DNA of 64,000 bases from Cyanophora paradoxa CCMP329. Lineage: Eukaryota; Plantae; Glaucophyta. Shown in pieces: positions 61,353 through 64,000 of this stretch. Below the pieces are notes generated by a model that saw nothing but the letters and a program-made list of their open reading frames with translations, was not told where the DNA came from and searched no databases. Positions within the stretch are counted from its first letter, which is position 1; each line of letters begins with the position of its first letter. The stretch covers positions 186,001 to 250,000 of the forward strand of contig QPMI01000657.1 in the NCBI GenBank assembly GCA_004431415.1, given 5' to 3'. Both the position numbers and the translations under genes were made by a program.

Positions 61353-63048
61353 ATTAAAGAAGGCGAGTATCTCCGTAGCACTATCAATATAGCTAACAAA
61401 GATGGCTATTGGTTAAAGCGCTATCGTTAGTGTACATGTATTAATTTTAGCGATAGGCGAGCACTACCAGCGATTTTAATGCGTTAGTACTAGTGTTTTA
61501 ATCATGGTTCACCGATCGCGAGTCACGGTTTCTTTTTTGCAAAAGTGGACCGTCGGACGTCGCATTGATACACCACGGCACATGTATCAATGTTCTACGT
61601 GACGTGCCCTTCCGACCGGTCATCGATATCTATCTAGCCGAAGGTGCTAGCTAGGTGCCGGTCATGGGTCACCGAGTCACGGTTTCAGACGTCAACGTGT
61701 CACGTTTTCAGACGTCAATGTTGAATTCTTAAAGATAATGCCAGGATCTAGACTCGTTGAGTTCTATAGCCCCGCAGCCCCTCATGATCAACGACTGCTA
61801 ATAGGCTTCATCTTTGCATGTCCCCTGGTCTGCGCAGATCAAGCCTAGATCGTGGCTGTATCCGTAGCACTCTAGATCTTTATAAACCGTTGAACTGACT
61901 TGCAAATACGCTCGCAGTGCTTTTCTCCGGGCGGCGCCTCAACTGAACGGTCCTAGGCCTCGGACAAGGTGATTCATTCATGATTTGCAGCTGCACTAGC
62001 TATACCTATAGTACTAGATCTAGATTTGCAGCTGTACTATCATATATAGTACGGATCTGGCGTTATATAATTAGATGAAATAGCTATAGGCAATCTCTAT
62101 TTTGAAATTCGAATTCAACCGCCGATCGAGAATCGAGATCCGTTGGTAACATTTGCATTCTATCGTTGCTATATGTATCAATATTAATGCTATCATTCTA
62201 GATACAGATTAGAGAGCCGGCGCAAGCGCTAGCTATGCAGATCTACCTCCTGCTGCAGTCCACTGATGATACGGCTTCCTTTTCCACAGGTCAGCTCTAC
62301 ATCCGCTCTGTATGTGTTCAGGTCCGAGTGCGAGCTCGCTCTAGATCTGCAATATACGTTTATATATATACATGATTATTAAAACTGATTGCGGTATGGC
62401 TTTGTACGAATGTATACACGCAGTTTTCTTCTACTGGCCTCCGCCAGCTGCAGCCGCCCGGTCAATATCATGATCATGAGGTGCTTTGAACTTGCAATTG
62501 CTATCATAGCAAGCTGCACTAGTAATATAGCTAATTATTGCTCGCATGCGCAGCGTTGGCATGCGTATGGCACGCGGTCATGAGTCATGATCATGATCCG
62601 CTGCAGCTGCAGCTGCAGCTGCGCGCAGCAAGCTTAAGTACTGAGTAGGAGATCTAGAGCAGCGCTATAGCTAGCTATATACATTGCTCGCCTTGCAGCG
62701 TTAGCACAGCACGCGTACGTATACGATGCAGCCCAGCAAGCAGAAGATCATCGGATCCCGGCCTAGCTAGCTCGGATCTTAGCTAGCTAGCTCGCTAGGA
62801 TCTTAGCTAGCTCGCTAGGATCTTAGCTAGCTCGTTAGCTTGAGTTGTACATGTGTATAAAGAGTACAGCGTTAACGTTGCGCATGTTTGGCGATGTAAA
62901 AACCAGCTAGATGGGTCGGGTAATGGGCAAACGAAAAAAAAGTTACCCGGTGGGAAACTCAGCGATGTTTCCCACCTGACGTTTCCCACCTGATGGTCCC
63001 CATGGGGGTCCTCCGCCCCGGTGTGTTACCTATAGGGTAACATGCATG

Positions 63049-63086
63049 TGTTTCCCCCGGGAAACATACTTTCTTAGGCACCAGTG
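63049..63086 (-). repeat. Right TIR
   Basis: Reverse complement reads CACTGGTGCCTAAGAAAGTATGTTTCCCGGGGGAAACA. Confidence 0.93.
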
Positions 63087-63141
63087 GTCAGCCTCACCGG
63101 CTCACCGAGTCAAAGGGGCGGGGGCGGGGAGGGGGGGGTAC

Positions 63142-63215
63142 CGCCGGTGTAGGGGAGGTCCAGGGCCTCCAGGGCCTCGATCACCTCTACCCCCGCCCGA
63201 TCCTCGTCGAAGGCC
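63142..63215 (-). CDS. Upstream exon of the same ATP-grasp-SET gene, separated from the rest by the CACTA insertion
   Basis: AG|G-AFDEDRAGVEVIEALEALDLPYTG-G|GT joins in phase to AG|CG GAC CCG at 38764, giving LPYTGADPNFY, the Ddl-family PYTG motif. Confidence 0.85.
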
Positions 63216-63253
63216 CTGCGCGTGCCCCGCCCCCGTGAGGAGAAGGCGGCGGA

Positions 63254-63289
<36 letters not shown>

Positions 63290-63379
63290 CGGCCGCGGCG
63301 CGTCTTCGAATTCGAGGCGCATCGAACTCGTTCCCGGGTCCGTAAAGCGAAACTCGAAATTTAAGACAGCTCGCTCCAA

Positions 63380-64000
63380 GGTAGACCCCACCAATTGCGC
63401 GACCTTCCCACTACCATTCTCAGTAAGCCCATTATCCATTTTCGAATTTCTCAGTAAGGCTCAGTAACAAATTATAAATTAGCACTGTATTTTTCAAACA
63501 TCTAACCTCTCCTTACTGAAACCAATCACGAAACCCTTTCATTCTTCATTTTTCTAATTCCTTACCATTCTCAGTAAGCCCTTAAACCCTCCCTCAATTT
63601 CTCAGTAAGGACAGTAAGACCCCTATTTTAATGAAATGTTCCCGATCGTTTCCGGACTGTTTTCAGTTAGCCAAATTGAAAAATCAAGGTGAGCCCCACC
63701 AATTAAACAAGTGATCCCACTTAAAGACTTCCCGTTAATATACTGTAACAATGGCAAGCGATCAAGTAACTCTACCTGAGAGTAAGCAATGCAATGTTTG
63801 CGATAAGGTAAAACCGGCATCGAGTTATGCATTGCAAAAGAGTCGCTCAGGCGATCAACAATTGAATTGGAGATGCAAAGTCTGCGAACGTGACTATCGC
63901 AATTACCTTTATCATTTCGTGTTAAAAACGCGTCCGAAGATCGAAGTACAATCGAAGGTATGCTCGCACTGCAAGATTGAGAAGCCTGCAAGCGAGTATA
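63380..64000. mobile_element. Probable end of another insertion (AT-rich), running off the window
   Basis: Abrupt drop in GC inside the next intron of the ATP-grasp gene. TTCTCAGTAAG x4 subterminal-like repeats (63418-63620). 3' end of an unknown minus-strand ORF (63623-63991). Confidence 0.45.

Larger units (their letters stand above)
38798..63086. mobile_element. Giant (24,289 bp) CACTA/En-Spm-type DNA transposon, apparently non-autonomous
   Basis: 38-bp TIRs with 3 mismatches, starting CACTG and ending CAGTG. 3-bp TSD GTC (38795-38797 and 63087-63089). Subterminal GGGAAAC/GTTTCCC motifs at both ends. Removing it restores an ~85-bp intron. Confidence 0.93.

Overview
Eukaryotic nuclear DNA. 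Genes are very GC-rich with many short GT-AG introns; the style is reminiscent of a GC-rich alga or protist such as the glaucophyte Cyanophora, but that is only a guess. About two-thirds of the window is two giant mobile elements. (1) An 18,689-bp Ty3/Gypsy-type LTR retrotransposon (11602-30290) with 256-bp LTRs that look identical and a GGAAT target-site duplication (TSD). Once ~19 same-direction single-base gaps are repaired (probably homopolymer assembly errors), its interior reads as one ~5,600-aa Gag-X-PR-RT-RH-Y-IN polyprotein. It has a ~3,000-aa unrecognisable insert (X) that includes RGG and RS (SR-protein-like) tracts. (2) A 24,289-bp CACTA/En-Spm-type DNA transposon (38798-63086; CACTG...CAGTG 38-bp TIRs, GTC TSD) inside an originally ~85-bp intron of a D-Ala-D-Ala-ligase-like ATP-grasp + SET gene. 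I see no transposase in it. It carries a multi-exon, divergent class-III PLP aminotransferase-like gene bracketed by two homologous, mutually inverted satellite arrays (44 x ~345 bp and 7 x ~304 bp). Host genes: ankyrin and ankyrin-TIR-TIR genes, a small coiled-coil gene and two F-box-like/LRR paralogues. Comparing repeat copies shows a recurrent insertion rule, trinucleotide N -> N+revcomp(N)+N. This fits hairpin-mediated excision footprints of 3-bp-TSD transposons and may explain the palindrome-rich non-coding DNA. All domain calls are by-eye motif recognition; no searches were run.
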